Assembly: GCF_041890355.1 (NCBI RefSeq)
Contig: NZ_CP169059.1
Coordinates: 3,679,933-3,711,932, forward strand
From: Mycobacterium hainanense
GTDB taxonomy: Bacteria; Actinomycetota; Actinomycetes; Mycobacteriales; Mycobacteriaceae
Direction of reading: 5' to 3'
Length of the DNA: 32,000 bases
This document shows, in pieces, positions 1-9,473 of the stretch. How positions within the stretch are numbered: the first letter of the stretch is position 1; the number at the start of each line of letters is the position of its first letter. A program made the translations under genes and the position numbers. The notes under the pieces were generated by a model. That model ran no database searches and was not told the DNA's origin. It saw nothing but the letters and a program-made list of their open reading frames with translations.

Positions 1-992
1 GTCCACGCCTGCGCGGTGGCGACCCGGCCCCGCGGCGTGCGGGCGACCATCCCCGCGCGCACCAGGAAGGGCTCGCACACCTCCTCGACCGTGGTCGCCT
101 CTTCGCCCACGGCCACCGCCAGCGTCGAGACCCCGACCGGGCCGCCGCCGAAGCTGCGGGTCAGGGCCGACAGCACCGCCCGGTCCAGCCGGTCCAAGCC
201 GAGTTCGTCGACGTCGTAGACCGCCAGCGCGGCCTTGGCGACGTCGCGGGTGATCACCCCGTCGGCGCGCACCTCGGCGAAGTCGCGGACCCGGCGCAGC
301 AGCCGGTTGGCGATGCGCGGCGTCCCACGCGAGCGCCGGGCGATCTCCTCGGCCGCCTCGTCGCCCAGCTCGATGCCGAGGATGCCGGCGGAACGGGCCA
401 GCACCCGCTCCAGCTCGGCGGGCTCGTAGAAGTCCATGTGCGCGGTGAACCCGAACCGGTCGCGCAGCGGGCCGGTCAGCGCGCCGGACCGGGTGGTGGC
501 GCCGACCAGGGTGAAGGGCGCCACCTCCAGGGGTATCGACGTCGCCCCGGGGCCCTTGCCGACCACGACGTCGACGCGGAAGTCCTCCATCGCCAGGTAC
601 AGCATTTCCTCGGCGGGCCTGGCGATGCGGTGAATCTCGTCGATGAACAGCACGTCGTGCTCGACCAGGTTGGACAGCATCGCGGCCAGGTCACCGGCGC
701 GTTCCAGCGCGGGACCCGACGTCACCCGCAACGAGGACCCGAGCTCGGCGGCGATGATCATGGCCAGCGACGTCTTGCCCAGCCCCGGCGGACCCGACAA
801 CAGGATGTGATCCGGTGTGCCGCCGCGGTTCTTGGCGCCCTCGATGACCAGCTGGAGCTGTTCGCGCACCCGCGGCTGACCGATGAACTCCCGCAGCGAG
901 CGTGGCCGCAGGCTGACGTCGACGTCGCCCTCCCCGACGGCCAGCGCCGGGGACAGCTCGCGGTCGGCGAAGTCGTCGTCGGGGCTGCTCAT
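1..992 (-). CDS. ruvB: Holliday junction branch-migration ATPase RuvB (3' end cut by window edge)
   Basis: The minus-strand frame is open from position 1 to the ATG at 992-990. It translates as [15 protein letters not shown]..., with Walker [15 protein letters not shown] (revcomp of ~754-795) and ...[13 protein letters not shown] at the window edge. The start overlaps the ruvA stop (ATGA). It is absent from the ORF track because no stop codon lies inside the window. Confidence 0.95.
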   Translation of the reverse strand, partial: MSSPDDDFADRELSPALAVGEGDVDVSLRPRSLREFIGQPRVREQLQLVIEGAKNRGGTPDHILLSGPPGLGKTSLAMIIAAELGSSLRVTSGPALERAGDLAAMLSNLVEHDVLFIDEIHRIARPAEEMLYLAMEDFRVDVVVGKGPGATSIPLEVAPFTLVGATTRSGALTGPLRDRFGFTAHMDFYEPAELERVLARSAGILGIELGDEAAEEIARRSRGTPRIANRLLRRVRDFAEVRADGVITRDVAKAALAVYDVDELGLDRLDRAVLSALTRSFGGGPVGVSTLAVAVGEEATTVEEVCEPFLVRAGMVARTPRGRVATAQAW

Positions 993-1582
993 CGGGACTT
1001 GCCCAGCAGCGAGAGGGCGGCGCGCAGGGCGCCGGACGTCGTGGCGTCCTGATCGGTGGCCAGCACCTTGTCGGTGGCCTCCTCGGCCTGCTTGACCGCG
1101 AAGCCCAGGCCGACCAGGGCCTCGACCACCGGCCCGCGCACCCCGTGCCCGTTCACCACGGACGCGGGTGCGCCCGCCGACACCGCGCCCACCTTGTCCC
1201 GCAGCTCGAGCACCATCCGTTCGGCCCCGCGTTTGCCGATCCCGGGGACCCGGGTCAGCGCGACGACGTCGCTGTCGTGCAGGACCTGCCGCAGCGCCGC
1301 GGCGTCGTGCACCGCCAGCGTCGCCATCGCCAGGCGCGGGCCCACCCCCGACACGGTCAGCAGGGTCAGGAACAGGTCGCGGGTCTCGGCGTCGGTGAAC
1401 CCGTACAGCGTCATCGAGTCCTCCCGCACCACCATCGCGGTGATCAGGCGCGCCTCGGTCCCGGTGCGCAGCGTGGCCAGTGTCGACGGCGTTGCGTTCA
1501 CCCGGTAGCCGACGCCGGCGGCCTCGATGACCGCATGGTCGAGCGCCACCTCGAGCACCTCACCCCGTACCGAGGCGATCAT
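989..1582 (-). CDS. ruvA: Holliday junction DNA helicase subunit RuvA
   Basis: Uses the internal ATG (1582-1580) of track ORF 989..2146(-). The product is 197 aa, [28 protein letters not shown]..., with helix-hairpin-helix stretches [11 protein letters not shown] and [16 protein letters not shown] overlaps occur with the ruvC stop and the ruvB start. Confidence 0.95.
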   Translation of the reverse strand: MIASVRGEVLEVALDHAVIEAAGVGYRVNATPSTLATLRTGTEARLITAMVVREDSMTLYGFTDAETRDLFLTLLTVSGVGPRLAMATLAVHDAAALRQVLHDSDVVALTRVPGIGKRGAERMVLELRDKVGAVSAGAPASVVNGHGVRGPVVEALVGLGFAVKQAEEATDKVLATDQDATTSGALRAALSLLGKSR

Positions 1583-2133
1583 CGCGCGGCCTTCAGCTTG
1601 GCCAGGTACGCGTGCCGCTGCTGCGCGGCCAGCGCCTCGGCAGCGGCCATCCGGGCCATCATCGGCGCGCGCCAGCAATGGCAGATCGCCAAAGCCAGCG
1701 CATCCGCGGCGTCCGCCGGGGTCGGCTTGGCTTGCAGCGCAAGGATTTTCGTGACCATCGCGGTGACCTGAGCCTTGTCGGCTGCGCCGTTGCCCGTCAC
1801 CGCGGCCTTGACCTCGCTGGGGGTGTGGAAATGCACGTCGATGCCGCGCTTGGCCGCCGCCAGCGCCACCACCCCGCCGGCCTGCGCGGTGCCCATCACC
1901 GTCGACACGTTCAGCTGGGAGAACACCCGCTCGATCGCGACGACGTCCGGTTGGTGGGTGGCCAGCCAATGCTCGACGGCGTCGCTGATGGTCAACAGCC
2001 GCTTGGCCAGCGGCGCATCCGACGGTGTCCGCACCACGTCCACGTCCAGCGCGACCACGTTTCGCCCGCGCCCACTTTCCACGACCGACAGTCCGCATCG
2101 GGTCAGCCCGGGGTCGATGCCCATCACGCGCAT
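1579..2133 (-). CDS. ruvC: Crossover junction endodeoxyribonuclease RuvC
   Basis: Track ORF of 184 aa, [19 protein letters not shown]...VVAIERVF...[12 protein letters not shown], a typical RuvC. A GGTGGGAG ribosome-binding region lies upstream, and the stop overlaps the ruvA start. Confidence 0.95.
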   Translation of the reverse strand: MRVMGIDPGLTRCGLSVVESGRGRNVVALDVDVVRTPSDAPLAKRLLTISDAVEHWLATHQPDVVAIERVFSQLNVSTVMGTAQAGGVVALAAAKRGIDVHFHTPSEVKAAVTGNGAADKAQVTAMVTKILALQAKPTPADAADALALAICHCWRAPMMARMAAAEALAAQQRHAYLAKLKAAR

Positions 2134-2149
2134 TGCCCGCTCCCACCTG

Positions 2150-2165
2150 TAGAACAGCTGTTCGA
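2150..2165. promoter_or_regulatory. LexA (SOS) box upstream of ruvC
   Basis: TAGAACAGCTGTTCGA contains a perfect GAAC-N4-GTTC palindrome (2152-2163) about 18 nt upstream of the ruvC ATG. On the minus strand it lies between a TAGGGT -10-like hexamer (2172-2167) and the RBS. It matches the mycobacterial LexA consensus TCGAAC-N4-GTTCGA. Confidence 0.75.
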
Positions 2166-2313
2166 TACCCTAGCGGCCGGGACCGACGGCCGTGCGCAGG
2201 ACACGCGGCGGTATCGCTGATTCCGGGCCGCGACGTTACAACGCCGAACCCACCGAAAAGCTGTTAGCTTTACGTCACGTTCGCTCAAGACAGGTGGCAA
2301 CGGAAGGGCTCGC

Positions 2314-2925
2314 GTGGGATCACTGCTGGTCGTCATCGCGATCGTGCTGTTCATCGCGTCCATCGTCGTACTCGTCATCGCTTTGCGGCGCCCCAAGCAA
2401 CCGACCACCCCACGCGGCCGCCAGGATCCGCTCTCATTCAACGCGATGCCGGAGTTCGGTCCGCGGCAACTGGGCCCCGGCGCCATCGTGAGCTACGGCG
2501 GCGTCGATTACGTCGTGCGCGGATCGGTGACGTACCGCGAGGGCCCGTTCGTGTGGTGGGAACACCTGCTGGAGGGCGGCGACCAGCCGATCTGGTTCAG
2601 CGTCGAGGAGGACGACGGGCGCCTCGAGCTGGCGATGTGGGTCAGTCGCAAGGACCTCGTGCTGCAGCCGGGCGGCCAGTACGTGGTCGACGGGGTGACG
2701 TTTCACGAGTCGGAACGCGGTCGCGCCTCGTTCACCACCGAGGGCACCACGGGCCTGCCCGCGGGCGGCGAGATGGAGTTCGTCGACTGCGCCAATTCCG
2801 ATGAGTCCCTACTGCTCTCGTTCGAGCGCTGGGCGCCGGGCATGCCGTGGGAGGTCTCGACCGGCAAATTGGTGCTGGCCGGCGAGCTGACCGTGTACCC
2901 GGCACCCCCACCCTCGTCCTCCTAG
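2314..2925 (+). CDS. Membrane-anchored DUF4178-like protein (Rv2597-like)
   Basis: Track ORF of 203 aa with a GTG start. It has an N-terminal TM helix LLVVIAIVLFIASIVVLVIAL followed by GAIVSYGGVDYVVRGSVTYREGPFVWWEHLLEGG...WFSVEEDDGRLELAMW, the pattern I associate with DUF4178. Third codon positions are GC-rich. Confidence 0.8.
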   Translation: MGSLLVVIAIVLFIASIVVLVIALRRPKQPTTPRGRQDPLSFNAMPEFGPRQLGPGAIVSYGGVDYVVRGSVTYREGPFVWWEHLLEGGDQPIWFSVEEDDGRLELAMWVSRKDLVLQPGGQYVVDGVTFHESERGRASFTTEGTTGLPAGGEMEFVDCANSDESLLLSFERWAPGMPWEVSTGKLVLAGELTVYPAPPPSSS

Positions 2926-2934
2926 GACGCGCCG

Positions 2935-3438
2935 GTGCCGCTTCATCAGCTCGCCGTAGCCCCTTCGGACGTGTCGGGGCAGAAACTCGGACTCGCGCTC
3001 AACGCGCCCGCGCCGCCACCGCTGGCGACCTGCGTGCTGCACCACCCCGGCGGCGGCGCGCTGCGGCTCGGGGTCCTCGGCGCGTCGCACGTCGTCACGG
3101 TCGAGCACGCGACGGGCCGGTTCTCCGAGGAGGTTTCGTGCACGGCGCGCGGCCTCGGCGTCGACCTGCCCGAGCGCACGGCCGCGCCCGGCTACTCCCT
3201 TCAGTCGCGCACGGACACTTATGACGAGGGCACCTTCCGCCGCCTGGCGCGCGATCTTCGTGACCGCTGCGCGCGCGAAACGGGTTGGCTTGGCGGCTCC
3301 TTCCCCGGTGACGACGCCGCGCTGACCGCGCTGGCCGCCGAACCCGACGGCGCCGGTTGGCACTGGCGGACCTGGCACCTGTATCCGACCGGCGGTGGCG
3401 GCATGGTCGTCCACACGACCAGCAGGTGGCATCCGTGA
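2935..3438 (+). CDS. Conserved hypothetical protein (Rv2598-like)
   Basis: Track ORF of 167 aa, lying 9 nt after the previous stop. Its stop overlaps the next gene's GTG (GTGA). No motif was recognised. The start codon is uncertain. Confidence 0.65.
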   Translation: MPLHQLAVAPSDVSGQKLGLALNAPAPPPLATCVLHHPGGGALRLGVLGASHVVTVEHATGRFSEEVSCTARGLGVDLPERTAAPGYSLQSRTDTYDEGTFRRLARDLRDRCARETGWLGGSFPGDDAALTALAAEPDGAGWHWRTWHLYPTGGGGMVVHTTSRWHP

Positions 3439-3866
3439 GCCGCAACCGCCTGTTCGTGATCGCCGGCGTGCTGGCCGCCGCCGCCACGGTCTGCTTGGTG
3501 TTCGGAATCATCCTGTCGCGGAAGAACATTGCCTCCTACATCGCCGGCCACTATCACGAGTACGCCCACGACGCGAACGGGACGCGTTACGAATGCAGCG
3601 GCTCCGCCGACGACGTGGCCGACACGCTCGCCGACTATCAGGCCCCCGAGGCGCGTGCCGCCAACGGCGACAACGAGTACCTGCGCTACAGCAACAACAT
3701 CGTGACCGTCGGCCCCGACGGCAATCACCCGTGCAGCATCCGTCTGGAAAGCCTGAACGCCGGATACAGCCACGGCGCGTTCATCTTCCTCGGCCCCGGC
3801 TTCACGCCCGGCTCCCCCTCGGGTGGCGCCGGGGGCAGCCCGGGCGGCCCGGGCGGAACCAAGTGA
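3435..3866 (+). CDS. Membrane-anchored DUF4247-like protein (Rv2599-like)
   Basis: Uses an in-frame GTG at 3435 inside track ORF 3357..3866. The product begins VSRNRLFVIAGVLAAAATVCLVFGIIL (one TM helix), followed by a soluble domain and a Gly/Pro/Ser tail. The GTGA overlap with the upstream stop favours this start. Confidence 0.7.
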   Translation: MSRNRLFVIAGVLAAAATVCLVFGIILSRKNIASYIAGHYHEYAHDANGTRYECSGSADDVADTLADYQAPEARAANGDNEYLRYSNNIVTVGPDGNHPCSIRLESLNAGYSHGAFIFLGPGFTPGSPSGGAGGSPGGPGGTK

Positions 3867-3897
3867 CCTCTAGCCGGAAACGCAAAGGAGACCGACC

Positions 3898-4353
3898 ATG
3901 TACCTCGCGATCGATTTCGGATCCACCAACTTCGGCACGATCGCCCAGGGCGTGCTCGCCGTCGTCCTGTACTTCGCGGTCGGCGTCGTCGTCCTGATCG
4001 CCGGCTTCCTGATGGTGGACGTCCTCACCCCCGGCAGCCTGCGCCAGCTGGTATTCATCGACAAGCGCCCGAACGCGGTCGTCCTCGCCTCCGCCATGTA
4101 CATCGCGCTCGCCATCGTCATCATCAGCGCCATCGCGAGCAGCTACAGCCAGCTGGGCCAGGGACTCGTCGGCGTCGCGGTCTACGGACTGGTGGGTGTC
4201 TTGCTGCAGGGCGGGGCGCTGCTGATCCTGCAGATCGCGGTGCCCGGTAAGTTCCGCGAGCACGTCGACGAGCCCGAGCTGCATCCGGCTGCTTTTGCCA
4301 CCGCCACCATGCTGGTGGCGGTGGGAGGAGTGATCGCGGCCGCCATCTCATGA
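3898..4353 (+). CDS. DUF350-like (YjfL-like) polytopic membrane protein (Rv2600-like)
   Basis: Track ORF of 151 aa with a strong AAAGGAG RBS 7 nt upstream of the ATG. Four hydrophobic segments are visible. The stop overlaps the next ATG (ATGA). Confidence 0.8.
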   Translation: MYLAIDFGSTNFGTIAQGVLAVVLYFAVGVVVLIAGFLMVDVLTPGSLRQLVFIDKRPNAVVLASAMYIALAIVIISAIASSYSQLGQGLVGVAVYGLVGVLLQGGALLILQIAVPGKFREHVDEPELHPAAFATATMLVAVGGVIAAAIS

Positions 4354-5936
4354 CCTCAACGGAAAGCCGGGCAGCGCCTTCCGTCGCCTCGGCGGCGCTG
4401 CCCGGGCGGTGGCGGGCCGTGCTGCTGGCCGCCGTCGCGGCCTGCGCGGCGTCCGGAATCATCTACGAACTCGCGCTGCTGACGCTGGCGGCGAGCCTGA
4501 ACGGCGGCGGCATCGTCGCCACCTCGTTGATCGTCGCGGGCTACATCGCCGCGCTCGGGGTGGGCGCCCTGGTGGTCAAGCCGCTGCTGGCGCACGCGGC
4601 CGTCGCGTTCGTCGCGGTGGAGGTGCTGCTGAGCATCGTCGGTGGCTTGTCGGCCGCGGCGCTCTACACGGTGTTCGCGTTCATCGACGACGAGTCAATG
4701 TGGATGCTGGCGCTGGGCACGGCCTTAATCGGTGGGCTGGTCGGCGCCGAGGTGCCGCTGCTGATGACCATGCTGCAACGCGGCCGCAGCGGCGCGGCGC
4801 CCGACACCGGCCGGACGCTGGCCAACCTCAACGCGGCCGACTATCTCGGTGCGCTGCTGGGCGGCCTGGTGTGGCCGTTCCTGCTGCTGCCGCAGCTGGG
4901 CATGATCCGCGGCGCGGCGGCCACCGGCGTCGTCAACCTGGTCGCCGCGGCCGTCGTGGCGGTCTTCGTGCTGCGCCGGCTGGTTTCGGCCCGGCAGCTG
5001 GCGATGACCCTGTGCGCGCTGGCCGCGGCGCTGGCGTTGCTGGCGACGCTGCTGGCGCGTTCCGCCGACATCGAGACAACGAGCCGGCAACGGCTCTACG
5101 CCGACCCGATCATCGCCTACCAGCACTCGGCCTACCAGGAGATCGTGGTCACCCAGCGCGGCAACGACATGCGGCTCTACCTGGACGGCGGCCTGCAGTT
5201 CTCCACCCGGGACGAATACCGCTACACCGAAAGCCTGGTCTACCCCGCGCTGGGGGCCAACGCGCGAACAGTGCTCGTGCTCGGCGGCGGCGACGGGCTG
5301 GTGGCCCGCGAACTGCTGCGCCAGCCGGGCATCACGACGATCGTGCAGGTGGAACTCGACCCCGCGGTGATCCAGCTCGCGCGCACCACCATGCGCAGGG
5401 CCAACGGCGGCTCCCTGGACAGCCCGCGCGTCAAGGTGGTGATCGACGACGCCATGCGCTGGTTGCGCTCGCCGCACCCCGACGTCGTCCCGCCTGCGGG
5501 TTTCGACGCGATCATCGTCGACCTTCCCGACCCCGACACCCCGGTGCTGGGCCGGCTCTACTCGACGGAGTTCTACGCGCTGGTGGGGCACGCGCTGGCC
5601 GCCGACGGTCTCATGGTCGTGCAGGCCGGCAGCCCGTTCTCAACGCAGACCGCGTTCTGGCGCACCACCTCGTCGATCCGCGCCGCCGGCTACGCGGTGA
5701 CGCCGTATCACGTCTACGTGCCGACGTTCGGCGACTGGGGTTTCACCCTGGCGCACCGCGGGTCCAGCCCGCCCGCACCCACCGTGCCGCCGAACGCGCC
5801 CCCGCTGCGCTTCCTCAATCAGCAGGTGCTCGACGCCGCCACGGTGTTTCCCGACGACACCCGGCCCCGCGCTCTGGACCCGTCAACGTTGGACAATCCG
5901 CGCATCGTCGAGGACATGCGGCACGGATACGACTAG
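4350..5936 (+). CDS. speE: Polyamine aminopropyltransferase (spermidine-synthase-like) fused to an N-terminal polytopic membrane domain (Rv2601-like)
   Basis: Track ORF of 528 aa. The first ~230 aa are a series of hydrophobic helices. The C-terminal half carries aminopropyltransferase motifs: [16 protein letters not shown] (GGGDG dcSAM site) and [12 protein letters not shown]. Confidence 0.9.
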   Translation: MTSTESRAAPSVASAALPGRWRAVLLAAVAACAASGIIYELALLTLAASLNGGGIVATSLIVAGYIAALGVGALVVKPLLAHAAVAFVAVEVLLSIVGGLSAAALYTVFAFIDDESMWMLALGTALIGGLVGAEVPLLMTMLQRGRSGAAPDTGRTLANLNAADYLGALLGGLVWPFLLLPQLGMIRGAAATGVVNLVAAAVVAVFVLRRLVSARQLAMTLCALAAALALLATLLARSADIETTSRQRLYADPIIAYQHSAYQEIVVTQRGNDMRLYLDGGLQFSTRDEYRYTESLVYPALGANARTVLVLGGGDGLVARELLRQPGITTIVQVELDPAVIQLARTTMRRANGGSLDSPRVKVVIDDAMRWLRSPHPDVVPPAGFDAIIVDLPDPDTPVLGRLYSTEFYALVGHALAADGLMVVQAGSPFSTQTAFWRTTSSIRAAGYAVTPYHVYVPTFGDWGFTLAHRGSSPPAPTVPPNAPPLRFLNQQVLDAATVFPDDTRPRALDPSTLDNPRIVEDMRHGYD

Positions 5937-5943
5937 TTTCAAT

Positions 5944-5962
5944 GGCGCCGACCCGCGGCGCC
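5944..5962. terminator. GC hairpin in the convergent spacer between the speE-like gene and the yebC-like gene
   Basis: GGCGCCG-ACCCG-CGGCGCC forms a 7-bp perfect stem with a 5-nt loop. It sits in the 60-bp gap between two convergent stop codons (5936 and 5997). There is no U-tract. Confidence 0.35.
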
Positions 5963-5996
5963 CGGCGCCAGCGCCGCGCTTGCGATCGGCGACTAG

Positions 5997-6752
5997 TCAG
6001 TCCTCGTCGAGGGCGGCCAAGACCTCATCGGACAGGTCGACATTGGTCCAGACGTTCTGCACGTCGTCGCTGTCTTCGAGGGCGTCGACAAGCTTGAACA
6101 CCTTCCGGGCGCCGTCGACGTCGACCGGCACGCTGACCGAAGGCTGGAAGCTGGCCTCGGCTGACTCGTAGTCGATGCCGGCGTCCTGCAGGGCGGTCCG
6201 CACGGCGACCAGATCGGTTGGCTCGGAGATGATTTCGAAGCTGTCGCCGAGGTCGTTGACGTCCTCGGCGCCCGCGTCAAGCACGGCGGCCAGCAGGTCG
6301 TCCTCGGTCAGGCCGTTCTTCTCCAGCGTGACGACGCCCTTGCGGGTGAACAGATACGACACCGAACCCGGGTCGGCCATCGTGCCGCCGTTGCGGGTCA
6401 CCGCCACCCGGACCTCGCCGGCCGCGCGGTTGCGATTGTCGGTCAGACATTCGATCAGCACCGCCACACCGTTGGGACCGTAGCCCTCGTACATGATCGT
6501 CTGGTAGTCCGCGCCGCCGGCTTCCTCGCCGGCGCCGCGCTTGCGGGCGCGCTCGATGTTGTCGTTGGGCACCGACGTCTTCTTGGCCTTCTGAATGGCG
6601 TCATACAGCGTCGGGTTGCCCGCCGGGTCCCCCCCGCCGGTACGGGCCGCGACCTCGATGTTCTTGATCAGCCGGGCAAACTCCTTGCCGCGGCGCGCGT
6701 CCTTGACGGCCTTCTGGTGCTTGGTGGTGGCCCACTTGGAATGGCCGCTCAT
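5997..6752 (-). CDS. YebC/PmpR-family protein (Rv2603c-like)
   Basis: Track ORF of 251 aa, [37 protein letters not shown]...[14 protein letters not shown]..., the hallmark YebC N-terminus. Confidence 0.95.
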   Translation of the reverse strand: MSGHSKWATTKHQKAVKDARRGKEFARLIKNIEVAARTGGGDPAGNPTLYDAIQKAKKTSVPNDNIERARKRGAGEEAGGADYQTIMYEGYGPNGVAVLIECLTDNRNRAAGEVRVAVTRNGGTMADPGSVSYLFTRKGVVTLEKNGLTEDDLLAAVLDAGAEDVNDLGDSFEIISEPTDLVAVRTALQDAGIDYESAEASFQPSVSVPVDVDGARKVFKLVDALEDSDDVQNVWTNVDLSDEVLAALDED

Positions 6753-6817
6753 CGGTGTTTCTTACCTCTTCTGTCTTCGAAAGTTCGCCAGACGAGTCTA
6801 CGTGGGCGTTGGACCTC

Positions 6818-6870
6818 GCCGAGCGTCACGCCAGCGTGGCTGTCGGCGCCGAGCGTCACGCCAGCGTGAC
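6818..6870. repeat. 53-bp composite intergenic repeat, copy 1 (two 30-bp-phased units with a CGTCACGC-CA-GCGTGAC palindrome)
   Basis: Sequence GCCGAGCGTCACGCCAGCGTGGC-tgtc-GGCGCCGAGCGTCACGCCAGCGTGAC. The 22-mer CGCCGAGCGTCACGCCAGCGTG is exact at 6817-6838 and 6847-6868. An almost identical 53-mer recurs at 25444-25496. Confidence 0.85.
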
Positions 6871-6887
6871 ACCCAGGCGTCGGCGTG

Positions 6888-7484
6888 TCAGGCGAGCCCG
6901 TTGACGATGTCAACGAAGAGCTGGTGAACGCGGCGATCACCGGTCATCTCGGGATGAAAGGCCGTCGCCAGATTCTTGCCCTGCCGCACCGCGACCGTGT
7001 GTCCGGCCGCTTCGGCCAGCGCCTGCACGCCGTCGCCGGACCGCTCGACCCACGGCGCGCGGATGAACACCGCGCGCACCGGACCGTCCAGACCGGCGAA
7101 CGGTATGTCGCCCTCGAAGGAATCGACCTGACGGCCGAATGCGTTGCGCCGCACGGTCATATCGATCGCCCGCAGCGGCAGCGCCTCCCGCCCGCCCGCG
7201 CCGGCGTCCAGGATTTCGCTGGCGAGCAGGATCATGCCCGCGCATGCGCCGTAGGCGGGCAGCCCGTCGGCCAGCAGCCCGCGCAGCGGCTCCAGCAGAT
7301 CAAGGTCCAACAGCAGGTGGCTCATCGTGGTGGACTCCCCGCCGGGTATGACCAGGCCGTCGACCTTCTCCAGCTCGGCGCGGCGCCGCACCGGCATCGA
7401 ATCGGCCCCGGCCTCGCCCAGCGCCGCCAGGTGCTCGCGGGTGTCGCCCTGCAGCGCCAGCACGCCGATGCGCGGCGCGTTCAC
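6888..7484 (-). CDS. pdxT: Pyridoxal 5'-phosphate synthase glutaminase subunit PdxT
   Basis: Uses the GTG at 7484 inside track ORF 6888..7886(-). The 198-aa product is [19 protein letters not shown]...[11 protein letters not shown]...[10 protein letters not shown]...FHPE. The start overlaps the tesB2 stop (GTGA). Confidence 0.93.
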   Translation of the reverse strand: MNAPRIGVLALQGDTREHLAALGEAGADSMPVRRRAELEKVDGLVIPGGESTTMSHLLLDLDLLEPLRGLLADGLPAYGACAGMILLASEILDAGAGGREALPLRAIDMTVRRNAFGRQVDSFEGDIPFAGLDGPVRAVFIRAPWVERSGDGVQALAEAAGHTVAVRQGKNLATAFHPEMTGDRRVHQLFVDIVNGLA

Positions 7485-8329
7485 TGCGCGGTGGGCTGAA
7501 ATCCGCGCGGAAAGCGGGTCAGCCCCTCCTGCATGACCGCCGCCACCATCTCGCCGGACTGCGTGAAGATCTTGCCCTGGCACAGCGAGCGGCCGCCGCT
7601 GGCCGACGGCGACGACTGGTCGTAGAGCAGCCATTCGTCGGCCCGGAAAGCCCGCATGAACCACATCGCGTGGTCCAGCGACGCCACTTGCAGATGCTCG
7701 CGGACGTCGAGGTGGGTGACCTGCGCCGATCCCAGCAACGTGAGGTCGCTCATGTAGGCCAGCGCGCAGATGTGCAGCACCGGGTCGTCGGGCAGCGGGT
7801 CGCGGTGGCGAAACCACACCTGCTGCTGGGAGGCCTTGCCGGGCGAGAACTGCAGTTGGTCGCGCGGCACGATGCAGACGTCCCACTCCTCGAACTGCTT
7901 GAAGCCGGCGTCGTCGAACACCTTGATCGAGTCCAGGCCGGGCAGCCCGTCGGGTGGCGGCGCCGGCGGCATGACGTCCTGGTGGTGGATGCCCTCCTGA
8001 TCGGTCTGGAAGGACGCCCCCATGCTGAAGATGATTTCGCCGTGCTGAATCGCGTTGACGCGCCGGGTGGCGAACGAGCCGCCGTCGCGGGTGCGTTCCA
8101 CGATGAAGACCGTGGGCTGGTTGGCGTCCCCGGGCCGCAGGAAATAGCCGTGCAGCGAGTGCACCTGGTAGCGCGGGTCTACGGTGCGCACCGCCGAGAC
8201 CAGCGACTGGCCCGCGACGTGGCCGCCGAACGTGCGCTGGAAGTATCCGGATTCCGGGCTGAACACCCGGCCGCGGTAGATATTGACCTCTAGTTGCTCC
8301 AGATCAAGGATCTCTTCGATCGCCACCAA
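7481..8329 (-). CDS. tesB: Acyl-CoA thioesterase II
   Basis: Track ORF of 282 aa, ...[17 protein letters not shown]...[15 protein letters not shown]...[12 protein letters not shown]..., a double-hotdog TesB pattern. Its position between pdxS and pdxT is as I recall for M. tuberculosis tesB2. Confidence 0.92.
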   Translation of the reverse strand: MVAIEEILDLEQLEVNIYRGRVFSPESGYFQRTFGGHVAGQSLVSAVRTVDPRYQVHSLHGYFLRPGDANQPTVFIVERTRDGGSFATRRVNAIQHGEIIFSMGASFQTDQEGIHHQDVMPPAPPPDGLPGLDSIKVFDDAGFKQFEEWDVCIVPRDQLQFSPGKASQQQVWFRHRDPLPDDPVLHICALAYMSDLTLLGSAQVTHLDVREHLQVASLDHAMWFMRAFRADEWLLYDQSSPSASGGRSLCQGKIFTQSGEMVAAVMQEGLTRFPRGFQPTAQ

Positions 8330-8340
8330 CAGCCCCCGGC

Positions 8341-9252
8341 TTACCAGCCGCGTTCGGCAAGCCGGTGGGGCTGCGCGATCTGCTCGACGTTGATGCCCAC
8401 CATGGCCTCGCCCAGCCCACGCGACACCTTGGCCAGCACGTCCGGGTCGTCGTAGAAGGTGGTCGCCTTGACGATGGCGGCGGCCCGCTGCGCGGGATCC
8501 CCGGACTTGAAGATGCCCGAGCCGACGAAAACGCCCTCGGCCCCGAGCTGCATCATCATCGCCGCGTCGGCCGGCGTGGCGATGCCACCGGCGGTGAACA
8601 GGGTGACGGGCAGCTTGCCCGCCCGGGCCACCTCGACCACGAGCTCATAAGGTGCGCGCAATTCCTTTGCGGCGACGAACAATTCGTCCTCCGACAGCGA
8701 GGTCAGCCGGCGGATCTCGCCGCCGATCGCCCGCATGTGCGTGGTGGCGTTGGAGACGTCGCCGGTGCCGGCCTCGCCCTTGGACCGGATCATGGCGGCG
8801 CCCTCGCTGATGCGCCGCAGCGCCTCGCCCAGGTTGGTCGCCCCGCACACGAACGGCACGGTGAACTTCCACTTGTCGATGTGGTGGGTGTAGTCCGCGG
8901 GTGTGAGCACCTCGGACTCGTCGACGTAATCCACGCCGAGGCTCTGCAGGATCTGCGCCTCGACGAAATGGCCGATGCGCGCCTTGGCCATCACCGGAAT
9001 GGTCACCGCGGCAATGATGCCCTCGATCATGTCGGGGTCGCTCATCCGCGACACCCCGCCCTGGGCGCGGATGTCGGCGGGCACCCGTTCGAGCGCCATC
9101 ACGGCGACGGCACCGGCGGCCTCCGCGATGCGGGCCTGCTCCGGGGTGACGACGTCCATGATGACGCCGCCCTTGAGCATCTCGGCCATACCGCGTTTGA
9201 CTCGCGCCGTTCCCGTCTGATTGGCCTGATTCGGCCGTGCGCCGCTCTCCAC
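8341..9252 (-). CDS. pdxS: Pyridoxal 5'-phosphate synthase lyase subunit PdxS
   Basis: Uses the GTG at 9252 (RBS GAAGGAG 4 nt upstream) inside track ORF 8341..9360(-). The 303-aa product reads ...[48 protein letters not shown]... Confidence 0.93.
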   Translation of the reverse strand: MESGARPNQANQTGTARVKRGMAEMLKGGVIMDVVTPEQARIAEAAGAVAVMALERVPADIRAQGGVSRMSDPDMIEGIIAAVTIPVMAKARIGHFVEAQILQSLGVDYVDESEVLTPADYTHHIDKWKFTVPFVCGATNLGEALRRISEGAAMIRSKGEAGTGDVSNATTHMRAIGGEIRRLTSLSEDELFVAAKELRAPYELVVEVARAGKLPVTLFTAGGIATPADAAMMMQLGAEGVFVGSGIFKSGDPAQRAAAIVKATTFYDDPDVLAKVSRGLGEAMVGINVEQIAQPHRLAERGW

Positions 9253-9473
9253 TAGCTCCTTCTCTCCTTGAACCACTCGAGCTTCGAGTCTAGTGGGGGA
9301 AACAAGCGACTTCTCCGCGCGCTTCCGCGAGTTGCTCCAGGGGGGTGCGACGAGCGTCACATTGTGCTAACAATTGCGTCGACTGTTTGCGCAGACCGTT
9401 GCTGCTGGTGCGGATCCGTGGATGGCGAGCCTGGTCACACCGGCCGTGGTGGTTGGCCGAGAAGGGGTCCCGG

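Noticed and set aside
6817-6868. The possibility that the 30-bp-phased repeats (here and at 25444-25496), or the units at 15490-15643, are a CRISPR array.
   Set aside because: Each locus has only two repeat units, and the spacers are 4-8 nt instead of ~30 nt. There are no cas genes. The repeats fit interspersed intergenic repeat elements instead.
9361-9374. An AT-rich inverted repeat, ATTGT-GCTA-ACAAT, in the pdxS/PPE divergent region.
   Set aside because: The arms are only 5 bp, there is no second copy in the window, and it matches no motif I know. It may simply be promoter AT-richness.
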